The notes: generated from the letters alone by a model not told the origin. A stretch of 64,000 bases of DNA from Candidatus Marinacidobacterales bacterium (GCA_965237955.1 OZ250169.1:640001-704000); one strand, 5' to 3'. Counted from the first letter of the stretch, positions 11,012-21,737 are shown. Numbers and translations: made by a program.

Positions 11012-11322
11012 GTCCTGTGCCAAAATTCGGCTCTTTGAAATAGACCATCACTCACCGCTTCTAAGACGCCGGTGGCGTCGTCGGGTCAACCATCACGAAG
11101 CCGCGGAGCATGACAGCTCTAAACCGCGCAATCAACGCTGGATCGAATTTTTGCGGAGCACAGCCGGATTAGGAACCTGGTGACCCCTCACGCGGTTGGT
11201 GCTTCCGCAGTCAAGTGTTGGCGGCCGCCGCGTAACCTGTTCGCGTGCTAGAGTTTTAGCCTGATTTCGAGAGGCGCAGTTCTTTCGCCGATGCCGGCTG
11301 GGCCGAGTTTTGGCACAGGACG
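11012..11322. mobile_element. MITE-like segment bounded by inverted CGTCCTGTGCCAAAA ends, containing ends of other elements
   Basis: cgtcctgtgccaaaattcgg at ~11011 and ccgagttttggcacaggacgg at ~11303-11323; internal TTTTTGCGGAGCACA end and GGTGCTTCCGC end. Confidence 0.55.
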
Positions 11323-11999
11323 GAGGTATCGAGTGAGTCGGAAGCGGGTGATTCGGTTGAAACAGGCAGAAGGCCTCATTGCTCGAGTACGCAAACGCTT
11401 CAAGCGCACGACGGTAAGCGGTCATGACCAGCCCGTCGCGGCCAATGTGCTCGGGCAAGACTTCGTCGCCGATGCGCCGAACCAACGGTGGGTCGGGGAC
11501 ACGACCGAGTTCGTGATCGGCAGCGGCGGGAAGCTTTATCTCGCGGCGCTCCTCGACCTCTACTCGCGATTCCTCGTTGGGTGGGCCGTAAGTGCTATTA
11601 ACGACCGTCACCTGGTTATCAAGGCGTTGCGGATGGCACTGAAACGTCGCCAACCGGCCGCGGGGCTCTTGCATCACTCCGATCAGGGCAGTCCGTATGC
11701 CAGCAAAGACTACCAACGTCTCCTTGAGACGCATGGCATGACCGGGAGCATGAGCCGACGGGGCAACTGCTACGACAACGCCGTCATCGAGAGCTGGTTC
11801 TCCACGGTCAAGCACGAGCTTGGGGAGCATTTCCTCAGTTGCGGCGAGGCCAAGATGGCCCTCTTTGACTTCATCGAGGTATTCTACAATCAGAGACGAC
11901 GACACTCGACCCTCGGCCAGGTCAGTCCGGCCGAGTTTGAACGACGGATGATGACTTCGCCAGCTTAACTAAACCGTCTACGAAGCCGGATCAAGCCCA
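11323..11999 (+). mobile_element. IS3-family orfB fragment with right end
   Basis: WVGDTTEF, LHHSDQGSPY, GNCYDNAVIESWF, FYNQRRRHSTLG; ends ...ggatcaagccca. Confidence 0.88.
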
Positions 12000-13048
12000 A
12001 TCACGGTGAAGGTCCACGCGAGGCTCTGACGACGGCGGAACGTGATGAGCTGGGTTCGCTACGACGTCGAGTGCGCACGTTGGAGCAAGAGCGAGAGATA
12101 TTAAAAAAGGCGGCGGCCTTCTTCGCGAAAGAAAGCGAATGAGATTCAATTTCATTCACGCGGAGCGGGCCAACTACCCGGTGCAGGTGATGTGCCGAGT
12201 CCTGAGGGTATCGACCAGCGGCTACTACGCTCAGATGAAGCGCTCGCCCAGCAAGCGACAGTGTGAGGATGGGAAGCTGAAGCTGCGCATCCAAGCGGTC
12301 CACGCCCATAGCCGTGGTACCTACGGCAGGGAGCGTGTACGTCGCCAGCTTGACGGAGAGAACGTCGAGGTGGGCAAGCAGCGAGTGGCACGGCTGATGC
12401 GTGAGATGGGTCTGCAGGGCCTGCCCAGCAAGCGTTTTCGCCGCATGGCCGACAGCAAGCACGATCGTCGTGTCGCACCCAACGTGCTCGGTCGGAACTT
12501 CGAAGCCGAACGACCGAACCAGTTCTGGGTGACGGACATAACCTTCATCCGGACTTGGGAAGGCTGGCTCTACTTGGCGGTCATCCTCGATCTGTTCTCG
12601 CGTCGTGTCGTCGGCTGGGCGATGCAGCTCCACCTGCGCGCGGAGCTTGCTCTCGAGGCGCTTCACATAGCCTTGGGGCGCCGCCTGCCGGAAAGTGGCT
12701 TGGTGCATCATTCAGACCGTGGTACTCAATACGCGGCTGCGACCTACCAGGCCGTGCTCGATGAGTACGGCATCGTGTGCTCGATGAGCCGCAAGGGTGA
12801 TTGCTGGGACAACGCCGTGACCGAGAGCTTCTTCGGCACGCTCAAGACCGAGCTCCTCCACCGACATAGTTGGCCAACACGACGTATGGCCAAAGACGCG
12901 GTCGCGAGCTACATCGAGGGGTTCTACAATCCGTATCGACTCCACTCGTCACTCGATTACAACAGCCCAATGGTGTTCGAACGGATTAATGACCTCAAAA
13001 CTGCTCATGCGAGATAATCAACCTGTCCACTTTTCCTGGGCAAGGTCA
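12000..13048 (+). mobile_element. 5'-truncated IS3-family element (orfA tail, orfB, IRR)
   Basis: orfA tail [17 protein letters not shown] overlaps orfB start; IRR ...cctgtccacttttcctgggcaaggtca. Confidence 0.9.
12139..13017 (+). CDS. IS3-family transposase OrfB
   Basis: [45 protein letters not shown]. Confidence 0.92.
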   Translation: MRFNFIHAERANYPVQVMCRVLRVSTSGYYAQMKRSPSKRQCEDGKLKLRIQAVHAHSRGTYGRERVRRQLDGENVEVGKQRVARLMREMGLQGLPSKRFRRMADSKHDRRVAPNVLGRNFEAERPNQFWVTDITFIRTWEGWLYLAVILDLFSRRVVGWAMQLHLRAELALEALHIALGRRLPESGLVHHSDRGTQYAAATYQAVLDEYGIVCSMSRKGDCWDNAVTESFFGTLKTELLHRHSWPTRRMAKDAVASYIEGFYNPYRLHSSLDYNSPMVFERINDLKTAHAR

Positions 13049-13075
13049 ACCTGAACTAAGGCCGACAAGAGTTCC

Positions 13076-13762
13076 TTATGTCCCATTGCCTAGGCCTTTG
13101 TTTCTAAGGGCCTCATACAGGCGCCTCGTGTCATTGTCCTCGAAGAACTCATTGCGCGGCGCGTGCGACGGCCTGAGCAATTCCTTTCTAGCTGACAATA
13201 TCTCCTTCACCGGCAGTTTGGTAAGCGTATGGAGCTTTTCAGCCCAATGGGTTTCGGCCGTGTCAATCAGCTCCTCGTAGCTTATCAAGGCTGACGGGTA
13301 GAGGCTAGCCTGTAGAAGAATGGCGTTGTTGACATCTATCCAAATGTCCCTGCTCTTCTGGTACGTATAGACTTTTTTGTGGAAAACGCTGGGCCAATAG
13401 CCGCTGAACTTGCGGTAGATTCCGATCAACCCGAACGGCTCGCCAAACCGATTTATTTCATGCACCAACCACACCAACCGGGGCGACTTAACGTAGTCAG
13501 CAGCTAGGAGGGTTCTTCTTAGAACTCGCCTACAAACGCCCATAAACGCGCCGGCTGTTCTGTCAAAGAGTAAAGAGTTCGCTATGCGCTCATGCCAGAT
13601 GTACCACTTATAAGCCTTTAAGATATATAAGCTGTCAAAAGCTCCGCCGCCAGGTCCCCAATGTTCCACCGCTGGCATTTCAAAGGAGCCACCCGCTTTG
13701 GCAATAATGGCGGAGAGGAAAGAAGAGCCACAACGTCCGGTTCCAACGATAAGAAACTTCAT
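13076..13762 (-). CDS. Sulfotransferase-like protein
   Basis: N-terminal IVGTGRCGSSFL resembles the PAPS-binding GxxRSGT loop; later ISYEELI; visibly more AT-rich than neighbours. Confidence 0.65.
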   Translation of the reverse strand: MKFLIVGTGRCGSSFLSAIIAKAGGSFEMPAVEHWGPGGGAFDSLYILKAYKWYIWHERIANSLLFDRTAGAFMGVCRRVLRRTLLAADYVKSPRLVWLVHEINRFGEPFGLIGIYRKFSGYWPSVFHKKVYTYQKSRDIWIDVNNAILLQASLYPSALISYEELIDTAETHWAEKLHTLTKLPVKEILSARKELLRPSHAPRNEFFEDNDTRRLYEALRNKGLGNGT

Positions 13763-13894
13763 CTTACAATTGAGATGATCTCTTGGTATTCATATCATAG
13801 TCCAAAAAGCGTTGTGCATCGTCAAAAAGTGCTCCGCCCACTGCGTATTCCGGGCATCGCGATCGGTACTTTCGAGTGACCGAAATCGTTCGTT

Positions 13895-14036
13895 CACTCG
13901 AAAGTACCAGTCTGCGGCCTCTAGCCTCGAAGAGGGACTGGAGGAGACCTTGACGTTGCATCGTCTTGGCGTGTACGGGGTGCTCGGTCACTTGCTAAAG
14001 ACGACGAACTGCCTCGAGTCCGTCAATGCGCTTGTC
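13895..14036 (+). mobile_element. IS256-family transposase fragment
   Basis: SAASSLEEGLEETLTLHRLG...LKTTNCLESVNA. Confidence 0.7.
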
Positions 14037-14174
14037 TGACCTTGCCCAGGAAAAGTGGACGGGTTGATTATCTCGCATGAGCAGTTTTGAGATCATGAAT
14101 CCGTTCGAACACCATTGGGCTGTTGTAATCGAGTGACGAGTGGAGTCGATACCGGATTGTAGAACCCCTCAATG
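14037..14174 (-). mobile_element. Inverted copy of the 3' end/IRR of the IS3 at 12000-13048
   Basis: tgaccttgcccaggaaaagtggac...agaacccctc is the reverse complement of ~12913-13048 with few mismatches. Confidence 0.85.
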
Positions 14175-14848
14175 GGCTTGACTCAGCAGCCGACCATGGC
14201 AGGTCTAAAACGCGCAATCAACACTGGATAGATTTTTACGGAGCACAGGTACGCGATCTTCTTTTTTGCGGGTCACAGGCCTATCGAGCCGGGGCGTCTT
14301 TCGGCGAAGCTACGAGATATGGAACTCATATTCACGCCAATTCCTCACGCGATAGGCCTTCTTCACATACTTCCGCTGAGTGCGTTTGAAAATGCTCATG
14401 GGGAACCTCGAATCCGCGAGTACAGAACAATTGTGGACCGAGATCGCGAGTTGTGCTCCAAGGCAGGGCTTTGCTAGAGTAAGGTGTAACGCGAGACGCG
14501 CGGGAAGTGCGGAACGGGCCTCATTTTCGGTCCCGGTTTCGAATCTAGATTTTCGAGGGGAGCGTTTGCGCCGACGAGAGGGGCGGGCGCTGGCGCAAGG
14601 CGTCCTCGCAGCCAGCCAGGCTGGCGGCGGGGGGGCGGCTTAGGTACTTCCGAGCGTCGGGAGCGTTGCGAACGGGCCGGCCCCGTGGAAGGCACGACGA
14701 ATCCGTTGTCGGTGATGCTGTGCGTCTCCGGCCAGAGCCCCCGGTGAGGAGTCTCACGTGAGCGGGCAACGTCAGCGGGGCGACCGGTCGACTCTGCCTC
14801 GAACAGGTAGCCCCGCCTCGCGAGAGCGTCGAGATGGAGTGTAGGTAG

Positions 14849-15031
14849 ATGTGCGTAGCAAGAACCGAGCCAGAAAACGACGGCAAACGTTTTTTCTCCA
14901 GAAGCTATCTCTCCGAGTACCGGTGGTCCAGCTACTGGCATCAGATCGAATGCGTGCTCAAGAACGTCCGCGAAGGAGACGTCTTGGAGATCGGCGTCGG
15001 CAACGGCACCGTCTCGAATTTGCTCAAGACG
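14849..15031 (+). pseudogene. SAM methyltransferase N-terminal fragment
   Basis: RWSSYWHQI...DVLEIGVGNG, cut by the CGTCCTGTGCC motif at ~15033. Confidence 0.65.
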
Positions 15032-15082
15032 CCGTCCTGTGCCAAAACTCAGCCCTTTTGAAACAGACCATAAATCAGCAGC

Positions 15083-15341
15083 TTAGCGACTGGGCCAAGG
15101 GCCCTTAGGCTCTACAGTTACCCAAAACCCGCGGTCGACGTTCGAGAGCCGCGGCCGTTTCACCGAACGGCGGAGGACGGCGAGCTGCTGCCGAAGAGCG
15201 ACATTGTCGAGAGCCAGCTCGCGACGAGCCTTGAAGGCGGAGATGAGAGCGCGAACAAACGACGAAATCAAGCAGGCATGGTGCCGGCAGACCGGAGACT
15301 AATCAAGTTTGGGGCGCCCGGATGAATAAATAGAAGGCACA
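15083..15341 (-). mobile_element. 5' fragment of TGT-ended rve/DDE element
   Basis: RELALDNVALRQQLAVLRRSVKRPRL..DRGFWV is homologous to the N-terminus of 52135-53184; end ...ggatgaataaatagaaggcaca. Confidence 0.75.
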
Positions 15342-15395
15342 GGGAGAAACAGATAGGCCGCGCCTACGGAGCACCGCGCCAGCCCTCGACCCTAC
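15342..15395 (+). ncRNA. Group II intron domain VI / 3' end relic
   Basis: Identical to ~17563-17616 (gggagaaacagataggccgcgcctacggagcaccgcgccagccctcgaccctac). Confidence 0.7.
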
Positions 15396-15455
15396 CGGGA
15401 GCGATGATATTCCCTTCTTGAAGTGACTTCCGCTGGAATTGCCTGTGCTATCCCT

Positions 15456-15989
15456 TTAGTCTTTCTTCTCATCGATTCGTCGTACAGCTCGCTTGTAAAG
15501 AAGCAAGAGCTGCGCTCCGAGAACAACGTGCCAGCATTCTCGAATGGCCAGCGATGCAGTGCCGTATAATACCCAGGCCGCTAAGTAGTAACTCCTACCG
15601 GAACTGTCCCAGGAAGACGTCGTGTCAAATACGCCGAGACCAGCAATCCCCCACAGAACGAGGCAGACCAATAGAGCCAAAACGGCAGTCTGGAAAGTGT
15701 AGACGTAGACCTCAAACCCTGCTGGATTCTTCTCAGAGAGTTTGTCGATCTCTGGAGATTGGGCAATAGCCATCGCATTGCCTACCCAGGCGAAGCTCGT
15801 TCCCACAAAGACTCCAGCCAGTGGCAACAGGACCGTTTGCGCAGCGACTTCAAGTCGAACGGGAACGAGCCCGACAGCGGCAACTCCAATGCCAGCATGG
15901 AGTACCAGCCACCTATCGACAAGCCTTCGCCATCCTGGACGCTCTCCGCGAAGGAACCAACTCCAATAGCTACTCGGGCGCTGCACCAT
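15456..15989 (-). CDS. Hypothetical membrane protein (~4 TM)
   Basis: 177-aa ORF with four hydrophobic segments; overlaps the upstream gene by 20 bp. Confidence 0.7.
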   Translation of the reverse strand: MVQRPSSYWSWFLRGERPGWRRLVDRWLVLHAGIGVAAVGLVPVRLEVAAQTVLLPLAGVFVGTSFAWVGNAMAIAQSPEIDKLSEKNPAGFEVYVYTFQTAVLALLVCLVLWGIAGLGVFDTTSSWDSSGRSYYLAAWVLYGTASLAIRECWHVVLGAQLLLLYKRAVRRIDEKKD

Positions 15990-16821
15990 CTCGTACTCGG
16001 ACCCGTCGATACTCTTTCCGCGCCCTTTGGATGGCGCCTACTTTCTCTTGTGCCGAGTCGAGTGAATCCACGCTGACACTCGCAATATTTCCCCTCAGCT
16101 TGCGCACCACAGGCGGACTCTCGGCATCCAGTTGTACACGAGCCGTGACATCGTCTCCGGTCGTGGCTGCAGATCTCGATATCTGCTCTAGAGGTGCTGC
16201 TCTTAACTGGGAGCCCCTGATCGTAGCTTGTCCAACGTTCCCGTTTGCCTCCTCAAGCAGCGCTCCGAACGGCTTAACGAAGTCCTCGTCCTCATCGAAC
16301 GGATTTCGACGCATGAATGTAAACGTGAAAGATCGAATCGAATACGCACTGGAGAGTACATTCAGAAAGTCGTCGGGACTATTCACGCGTCCAACTTCAA
16401 AGCGGACTTCATTCTCGAGAGCCGCCTTGCTGTTATTCAACAGCCGTTGGAGCGATCGAGCGATTCCGATTGTAGATGGCGACAAGGCTGTGTTCTTCGC
16501 GAGCGCACACAACTCGAGGCTAAAATCAAGGACGGCATGCGTATACGGAGCATTCGCAAGCTCAGCCTCAGTGAAGTTCCCAGTGTTATCAATTTGAGAC
16601 AGCGTGGCTCTAGACTGTTTCCCCAGTCGAAAATAGATATTACCCTCCTCAAGCTCCTCCACGTTTCCAACGTGCCAAGCCACACGTCGCGTGGTCAGAC
16701 GACTTCTTGGCTGCTCCAACATCGCCCACCGCAGCACTTCGGCTGGCTCAAGATTCTGAGTGAACAACGAACCAAGCGCGGTCTTTGGGAAGACTCTGAT
16801 CCGAAAGAGGTCAAGTTGCAT
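15970..16821 (-). CDS. Hypothetical soluble protein (DUF4747-like appearance)
   Basis: Long protein-like ORF; probable start MQLDLF at 16821 because the ORF-track start lies in an ISAzo13 end; family call tentative. Confidence 0.6.
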   Translation of the reverse strand: MQLDLFRIRVFPKTALGSLFTQNLEPAEVLRWAMLEQPRSRLTTRRVAWHVGNVEELEEGNIYFRLGKQSRATLSQIDNTGNFTEAELANAPYTHAVLDFSLELCALAKNTALSPSTIGIARSLQRLLNNSKAALENEVRFEVGRVNSPDDFLNVLSSAYSIRSFTFTFMRRNPFDEDEDFVKPFGALLEEANGNVGQATIRGSQLRAAPLEQISRSAATTGDDVTARVQLDAESPPVVRKLRGNIASVSVDSLDSAQEKVGAIQRARKEYRRVRVRDGAAPE

Positions 16822-16837
16822 GATGTTTCGTCGGTTT

Positions 16838-16913
16838 AAGGACCAGACTCTACCCAAATGGAACTACACCATCCGACCGTCTTGAAAACGGGAACTTATT
16901 TTGTCGCCGGCCC
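16838..16913 (+). mobile_element. Isolated 3' end of the ISAzo13-type element at 38720-40645
   Basis: Reverse complement of 38720-~38795; abuts TTA, the stop codon of ORF 16914-17258. Confidence 0.85.
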
Positions 16914-17258
16914 TTAGTCATCTGATTGGCTCCTTGCGTCAATGGTGTATGCCTGAACGGCTCTTCGGATTGCTTCGCACTCAGCGTCACTCTCCACCGT
17001 GTGTCCTGCTAACCCTGTCCTTATGGTTCCGTCTGATGTTTCAAACACCCGCTGGACCGTTGTGGTAAGGATCACCGAACAGCCCGAACCGTCATCTTGC
17101 TCCCCGACCAAAATCAGGTGCTCAATGTTGGCTACGAAGTTTCCCCACCGTACGAACTGCGGTTCAAAGGATGCTGCGGCCAGCAGTGCTCCCACCGTGA
17201 GCACGATCGCTGCTACTATGGTCCCACCCGCTTGAATTAGTGCATCGGCTTTTGGCAC
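16914..17258 (-). CDS. Hypothetical small protein with N-terminal hydrophobic segment
   Basis: 114-aa ORF; no family recognised. Confidence 0.4.
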   Translation of the reverse strand: MPKADALIQAGGTIVAAIVLTVGALLAAASFEPQFVRWGNFVANIEHLILVGEQDDGSGCSVILTTTVQRVFETSDGTIRTGLAGHTVESDAECEAIRRAVQAYTIDARSQSDD

Positions 17259-17399
17259 GCTGGCAGTATACCACCGGGTTGTGGTGATGACGTTTACCCC
17301 TGCTCGTTGAAGGAGGCACTGCTAATGACCATTCTGCATCCCACGTTCCCAGATAACGGTGACATTCATCCTGATCGAGTCAGCGCCTTCAAGCGTTCG

Positions 17400-17616
17400 G
17401 AGCTTGGAGGGGTAGACGCCCCGGCTCGATAGGTCACATAACCCTTCGCGGGAAGTGTGCAGGAGCGCCGCGTAGTGCGGGAAAGCCGCACGCTGCGTGC
17501 GATGTGGCGGGGGCTGGAAACGGACTTACGGTGCGGCTAGTGAGGCACTACCACAGGAAACGGGGAGAAACAGATAGGCCGCGCCTACGGAGCACCGCGC
17601 CAGCCCTCGACCCTAC
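17400..17616 (+). ncRNA. Group II intron 3' relic (domains V-VI)
   Basis: DV-like gagcgccgcgtagtgcgggaaagccgcacgctgcgtgcg with GAAA loop, long DVI, ends ...ctcgaccctac. Confidence 0.8.
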
Positions 17617-17639
17617 CGCGGTTCCGGGTAGGACGCTTC

Positions 17640-18206
17640 TGGTCATTTCGGTGAGAAGCGCCAGCAATGGCGGCAAAGAACAACTGCTCTGCTTCGCTCA
17701 CCCTTGGCCGCGCAAGACCTCGTCAACCTGCCGCGGCAGTTGAAACACCTGGCGGCGCGGAGTCGGCTCCCTCCGTGAACGTCCACTTGAGTTCCATACG
17801 CCAAGAACGGGATCGATGCTCGCAAAGCCTATGACGAGCTCGTCGCCAAGTGGACGCCTCTCGCGACGGCCGTCGTCCGAAGCCTAGAGGAGGCCGGTAA
17901 TCAGCTGCTGACCTTCTACGAATTCCCTCGTGCCATGTGGAAATCGATTCGAACGACCAATGCTCTGGAGAATCTCAACCGCGAGTTTCGACGCCGGACG
18001 AAAACCCAAGCGTCGTTCTCCAGCGAGGAGTCCGCGGTCGCTTTGCTGTTTGGGCTTATCGCCTCTGGCCAGATTCAACTACGACGCATCGACGGCTACC
18101 AACGTCTGAGCGAAGTTCTCGAACACGCGGAGGTTGCCGCCTGATCTGATACTCTGATGACGGAGTGGAGGGCGCCGTTCTTTTTCCACGGACCTCGGGA
18201 CACATC
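17640..18206 (+). mobile_element. IS256-family transposase C-terminal fragment and end
   Basis: SLEEAGNQLLTFYEFP...WKSIRTTNALENLNREFRRRTK; end ...ttccacggacctcgggacacatcc. Confidence 0.82.
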
Positions 18207-18366
18207 CGGGCGTACCCGTCGGATTCCGGCTCGGAGTACCGGTCAACATCGGCGAGCATCACCTTCACACTGCCCTGCGGGAAGATCAGGGTATCGCCAG
18301 GTTCCACCAGTATGGCCTCGCCGTTGTCACGTTCCCCGTAGTTCAGGGTTCGACCGCACACCGTAC

Positions 18367-18491
18367 TGCGTATTCCGGGGCATCGTGAACGCAGATTCCA
18401 GCCGAAGGTGAACATCCATTCCAAAGCATCGTGAACACGGATTCCGGGGATCGTGAACATCGATTCCGGGGAAGGTGAACACGGATTCCAG
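18367..18491. repeat. IS21-family terminus with tandem subterminal repeats
   Basis: Begins TGCGTATTCC; five GTGAAC-N4-ATTCC units at 20-22 bp spacing. Confidence 0.8.
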
Positions 18492-18569
18492 GCAACGTGC
18501 GTCCCGGCGAGCCGGTCTTGAGTTCGTTTGTGTTTTTGGACACGACGGGCACGATAAGCCCCAAAATCG

Positions 18570-18795
18570 GGTGCTTCCGCCATCAAGTGTTGGTGAGATG
18601 ACGCTAAGACTTTACGGTGCATTAAGTTACAGCCAAAATAGCGCTCGTGACCTTCGCTGCGCGCTAAATGGAGCGTAAGTGCCTCTTTTGCAAAGGGATG
18701 CGTACACATCACCAACAGTAAACAGCGCAAGCACCCAAACTCTAGCACACGAGCGGGTTACGCGGCAGACACCAACACTTGATTGCGGAAGCACC
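18570..18795. mobile_element. 226-bp MITE with 26-bp inverted repeats
   Basis: GGTGCTTCCGCCATCAAGTGTTGGTG ... CACCAACACTTGATTGCGGAAGCACC (25/26 match); related end at ~11198-11258. Confidence 0.7.
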
Positions 18796-18814
18796 AACAG
18801 CAAACAGCGCAAGC

Positions 18815-18930
18815 ACCCGCTTGAGAAGGACGCGCCCGAGCCTCGCCGCGTAGAGTCGCCAGCAATGGGCAAAGTGAGAGCCATTCCAAAGGTCGGTGGT
18901 CTCCATCATCAATTACACTCGACGCGCTGC
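18815..18930 (+). mobile_element. C-terminal fragment of rve/DDE element
   Basis: LEKDAPEPRRVE...GKVRAIPKVGGLHH matches the C-terminus of 52135-53184 (LDKDTP...VVALPRVGGLHH). Confidence 0.7.
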
Positions 18931-19161
18931 TTGAGTCCGACCTGCTCGGGACGGCTGCGGGACTTCGCGCCAGGTTACACCTCTGCCCCTGAGTAGAGCC
19001 GACGCCGACCCTCAAAACGTCCTACATGAAGACGACCCAAGCATCCCGATTGTAGGCAGTTCGCCAATCTCATGCAGGCTGGAGTTTATGGAAGGGGCAG
19101 GTTGGCCTTGTATCGGATCGTGAGCTGAAATAACATCGCCCACGCTAGGATAAAGTCCAAC

Positions 19162-19389
19162 GTGAAGATCATCATTACGATGCCCGCTTATCGGGCGGCA
19201 CGAACCCTGGAGAACACCTACCGTGAGATCCCCCGCGACTGCTTCGACGACGTGCTCGTCGTGGACGCCGCGAGCTCCGACGATACGGTAGCGGTTGCGC
19301 GTTCCCTCGGCCTGAAGACGAGACAGCATCCCGCCAACCGCGGAAGACAACGAGCGCTACGACGCTCAAGTTGTGGAAGAGTTCGGTAA
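19162..19389 (+). pseudogene. GT2 N-terminal fragment
   Basis: MKIIITMPAYRAARTL...VLVVDAASSDDT...HPANRG, then homology is lost. Confidence 0.75.
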
Positions 19390-19475
19390 AGCATGCGCGC
19401 ATCGGTTGAAGACTGGCGAGCTGTCGTTGTAGCGCGACGTCGCATGCGAGCTCCGCTGTTCCAACCTAGCGGGAG

Positions 19476-21140
19476 ATGCTGAGGAATCTCATCGAGCTGT
19501 GGCCCGGCGGGCCGTCGGTCACTCTGGGTGGCTACCTCGTCGGCTCCAAGTACGTTTTTTCCCTTTTGGTCCTCGCGTGGGCGGTGTCTCTCCTGCGGTG
19601 GCCGCGCCGGGCTTGGCTCGTCGCCGGTACGCTCGTGCTGGCCGCGTCGAGTCTCCTCGTGCTTCAAAAACCTCTAGGCCGCGCGTACGGAGTCGTCGAG
19701 GAAGGTCGAGGGATCGCAGAGCTCGGCGAGGTGATGGTGGTCGCCGCACGGGGTACCGCGTCCGATGGGCGGATGGTGAGCGAGCCTCACCCGAGCCCTC
19801 TCTGGGGATATTTCGTGGCAATCCTGTCCGGCTTTCGCGGCGAACGGGTGCTGTCGCTCTACCCGTGGCTTCCGCTGTTCTCGCTTCTCGGCCTAGGCGT
19901 TGCGGTGGCATGGTCGGTTGGACGGCTCCGCGAATCGGAGGATCTCCCCGCGGGTGCGCTTCCCGCTATCACCGCATTCGTCGTCCTGTTCTTGAGCTCG
20001 CATCGTTTGAGCTTTCTCCGCGATGAGGGACCGTTTTGGACCGAGTATTTTTGGCTGACACCAGGAGTCGGGATCGCCTTCGCCGCGCTTTGCGTCTGCT
20101 GGCGCTTGCTCGGAGCGAGCTCTTGGATCGGTGCCGCTATCACTTTCGGTCTTGTCACTGGCCTTGAGCCTCGTCTCGCCGTGTGCTTCGGTCTCGGTGT
20201 CGTCGCGTGGATGGTCGCGAGCCGGAAGAGTCTATGGCGCGAGGCCATGGTGCTCGCTGTCGGAGCGATCGTGCTCGTCGCGTTCGGCGGCTTCAGGCCG
20301 GTGACGCTCCCTGCCGAGTTCGGAACGTGGCACGACGGGATCAACCGCGTGCTCTCGGTTACGATCGATGCTGGTCTCGTCTTCCTTCTCGCCGCGCTCG
20401 GTGTCGGGTGGCTTTTGCGCTCCGAACGAAAAGCTGAGCTCGTGCTTGCTTGGAGCGCGAGCACAGCATTGTTGCTTTGGATCGTGGTCTCCTTCCTTCC
20501 GTGTGCCGCCGCGCTTCTCGACCCGAGAATCGTGAGCGGCTATGTGCGGCTGATGATGGCGCTCTGTGCGAGCTACGGGCTCTATCGCGCGCTTGCGGCG
20601 TGGGTCAAAGCGTTTCCGGGGATTCCGAGCGAGTGGAGGTTCGTCCCTCGCCAGCTGCGCAAGTTAGAATCGGCGCGCCTCGCGCTGATGGGTCTCGTCG
20701 TGCTCTCGTTGCCGTGGTGTTTTCCGTACTGGTGGGAGCCGGTTCGAATGGACCCGCTCTACGTCGAGAGCTTTCCCGCGGTGTCGCGCCGGTTTGTCGC
20801 GATGGGAGAGGTGCTCCGGGACACGACGGACGCCGATGCGGTGCTCGCCGCCGGGCCCAGCTATGCGCCGTGGATCCCCGCGCTCAGCGGTCGCCGCGTT
20901 CTGCTCGTGGGCGAATCGCCCGAGCGCGAACTTGCACTGGAAACGATGGTGCAATCCCGCGATCCAGATCAGATCGCGGTTGCGGTGACGGAGTGGAACG
21001 TGACCCACGTCGCATGGGGGCGACTCGACCAGCCGGAAGGCACGACGCCTGTCGATTTCGGTTTCTTCAAGCAGAGCCCGCGATTCGAGGAGCGCTATCG
21101 TGACCGTCACTGGATTCGGGTGTTCGAGTACACGCCATAG
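19476..21140 (+). CDS. Multipass membrane protein (GT-C-like), paralog of 31224-32906
   Basis: Many TM segments; shared motifs PLGRAYG/PLARIYG, PYWWEPVRMD/PYWRNPEIMD, WIPALSGRRVL/WIPALTGRQVL. Confidence 0.75.
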   Translation: MLRNLIELWPGGPSVTLGGYLVGSKYVFSLLVLAWAVSLLRWPRRAWLVAGTLVLAASSLLVLQKPLGRAYGVVEEGRGIAELGEVMVVAARGTASDGRMVSEPHPSPLWGYFVAILSGFRGERVLSLYPWLPLFSLLGLGVAVAWSVGRLRESEDLPAGALPAITAFVVLFLSSHRLSFLRDEGPFWTEYFWLTPGVGIAFAALCVCWRLLGASSWIGAAITFGLVTGLEPRLAVCFGLGVVAWMVASRKSLWREAMVLAVGAIVLVAFGGFRPVTLPAEFGTWHDGINRVLSVTIDAGLVFLLAALGVGWLLRSERKAELVLAWSASTALLLWIVVSFLPCAAALLDPRIVSGYVRLMMALCASYGLYRALAAWVKAFPGIPSEWRFVPRQLRKLESARLALMGLVVLSLPWCFPYWWEPVRMDPLYVESFPAVSRRFVAMGEVLRDTTDADAVLAAGPSYAPWIPALSGRRVLLVGESPERELALETMVQSRDPDQIAVAVTEWNVTHVAWGRLDQPEGTTPVDFGFFKQSPRFEERYRDRHWIRVFEYTP

Positions 21141-21383
21141 CGTTTCGTTTCACACGCTGGAGTCGAGCGAGGCTCGTGGGGACAACCGCACCACCGGTAG
21201 GTTTATCGAACCGCAGAGCACACAGAACTCGCAGAGAAAAGCTAGGGGGTCGCCGTTCTGGGATGCCGTCGTTGATAGAATCTATCCCGAGCGGCATTGT
21301 CGCGGGTAGGTCTTCGAATGGCAGTGTGCGCAGCAATCGGTTCAAGCCAACTTGTGGTGCCGTCTCGGTAGACAAACTCGATG

Positions 21384-21737
21384 CTACCGATCTTGTTTCT
21401 GTTTCTGGCCCTTGGCTTCCTTGAGCGCCAGCGCTTGCGCGAGCTTTTTCACTTGGTCGTCGAGCTTGGTGATGCGGACCGAGAACTGCAGGCAGACGAG
21501 CACGAGTAAGATCAGCGCGAAGAAGAAGAGCGTCGACGTCGGCAGGACAGCACCGATGAGGCGCGTCAATACGACCAGCAGGTCGTACCACACCGCGAGC
21601 ACGAAGACCGTGATCGAGGTGAGGACCCAAAGGACAGAATACTCCTCGCGCAGCTTGCGGCGCCGCACTAGCTCAACGATCAAAACGAGGAGGGCGACGC
21701 TGATGATCAGCGCGACGACTTGTTGGCGGATTGGCAT
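21384..21737 (-). CDS. DUF2304-family small membrane protein (copy 2)
   Basis: Identical protein to 10520-10873. Confidence 0.82.
   Translation of the reverse strand: MPIRQQVVALIISVALLVLIVELVRRRKLREEYSVLWVLTSITVFVLAVWYDLLVVLTRLIGAVLPTSTLFFFALILLVLVCLQFSVRITKLDDQVKKLAQALALKEAKGQKQKQDR

Noticed and set aside
18367-18491. Regular ~22-bp repeats suggesting a CRISPR array or iterons
   Set aside because: No unique spacers and no cas genes; the TGCGTATTCC start and GTGAAC..ATTCC units are typical IS21 subterminal repeats
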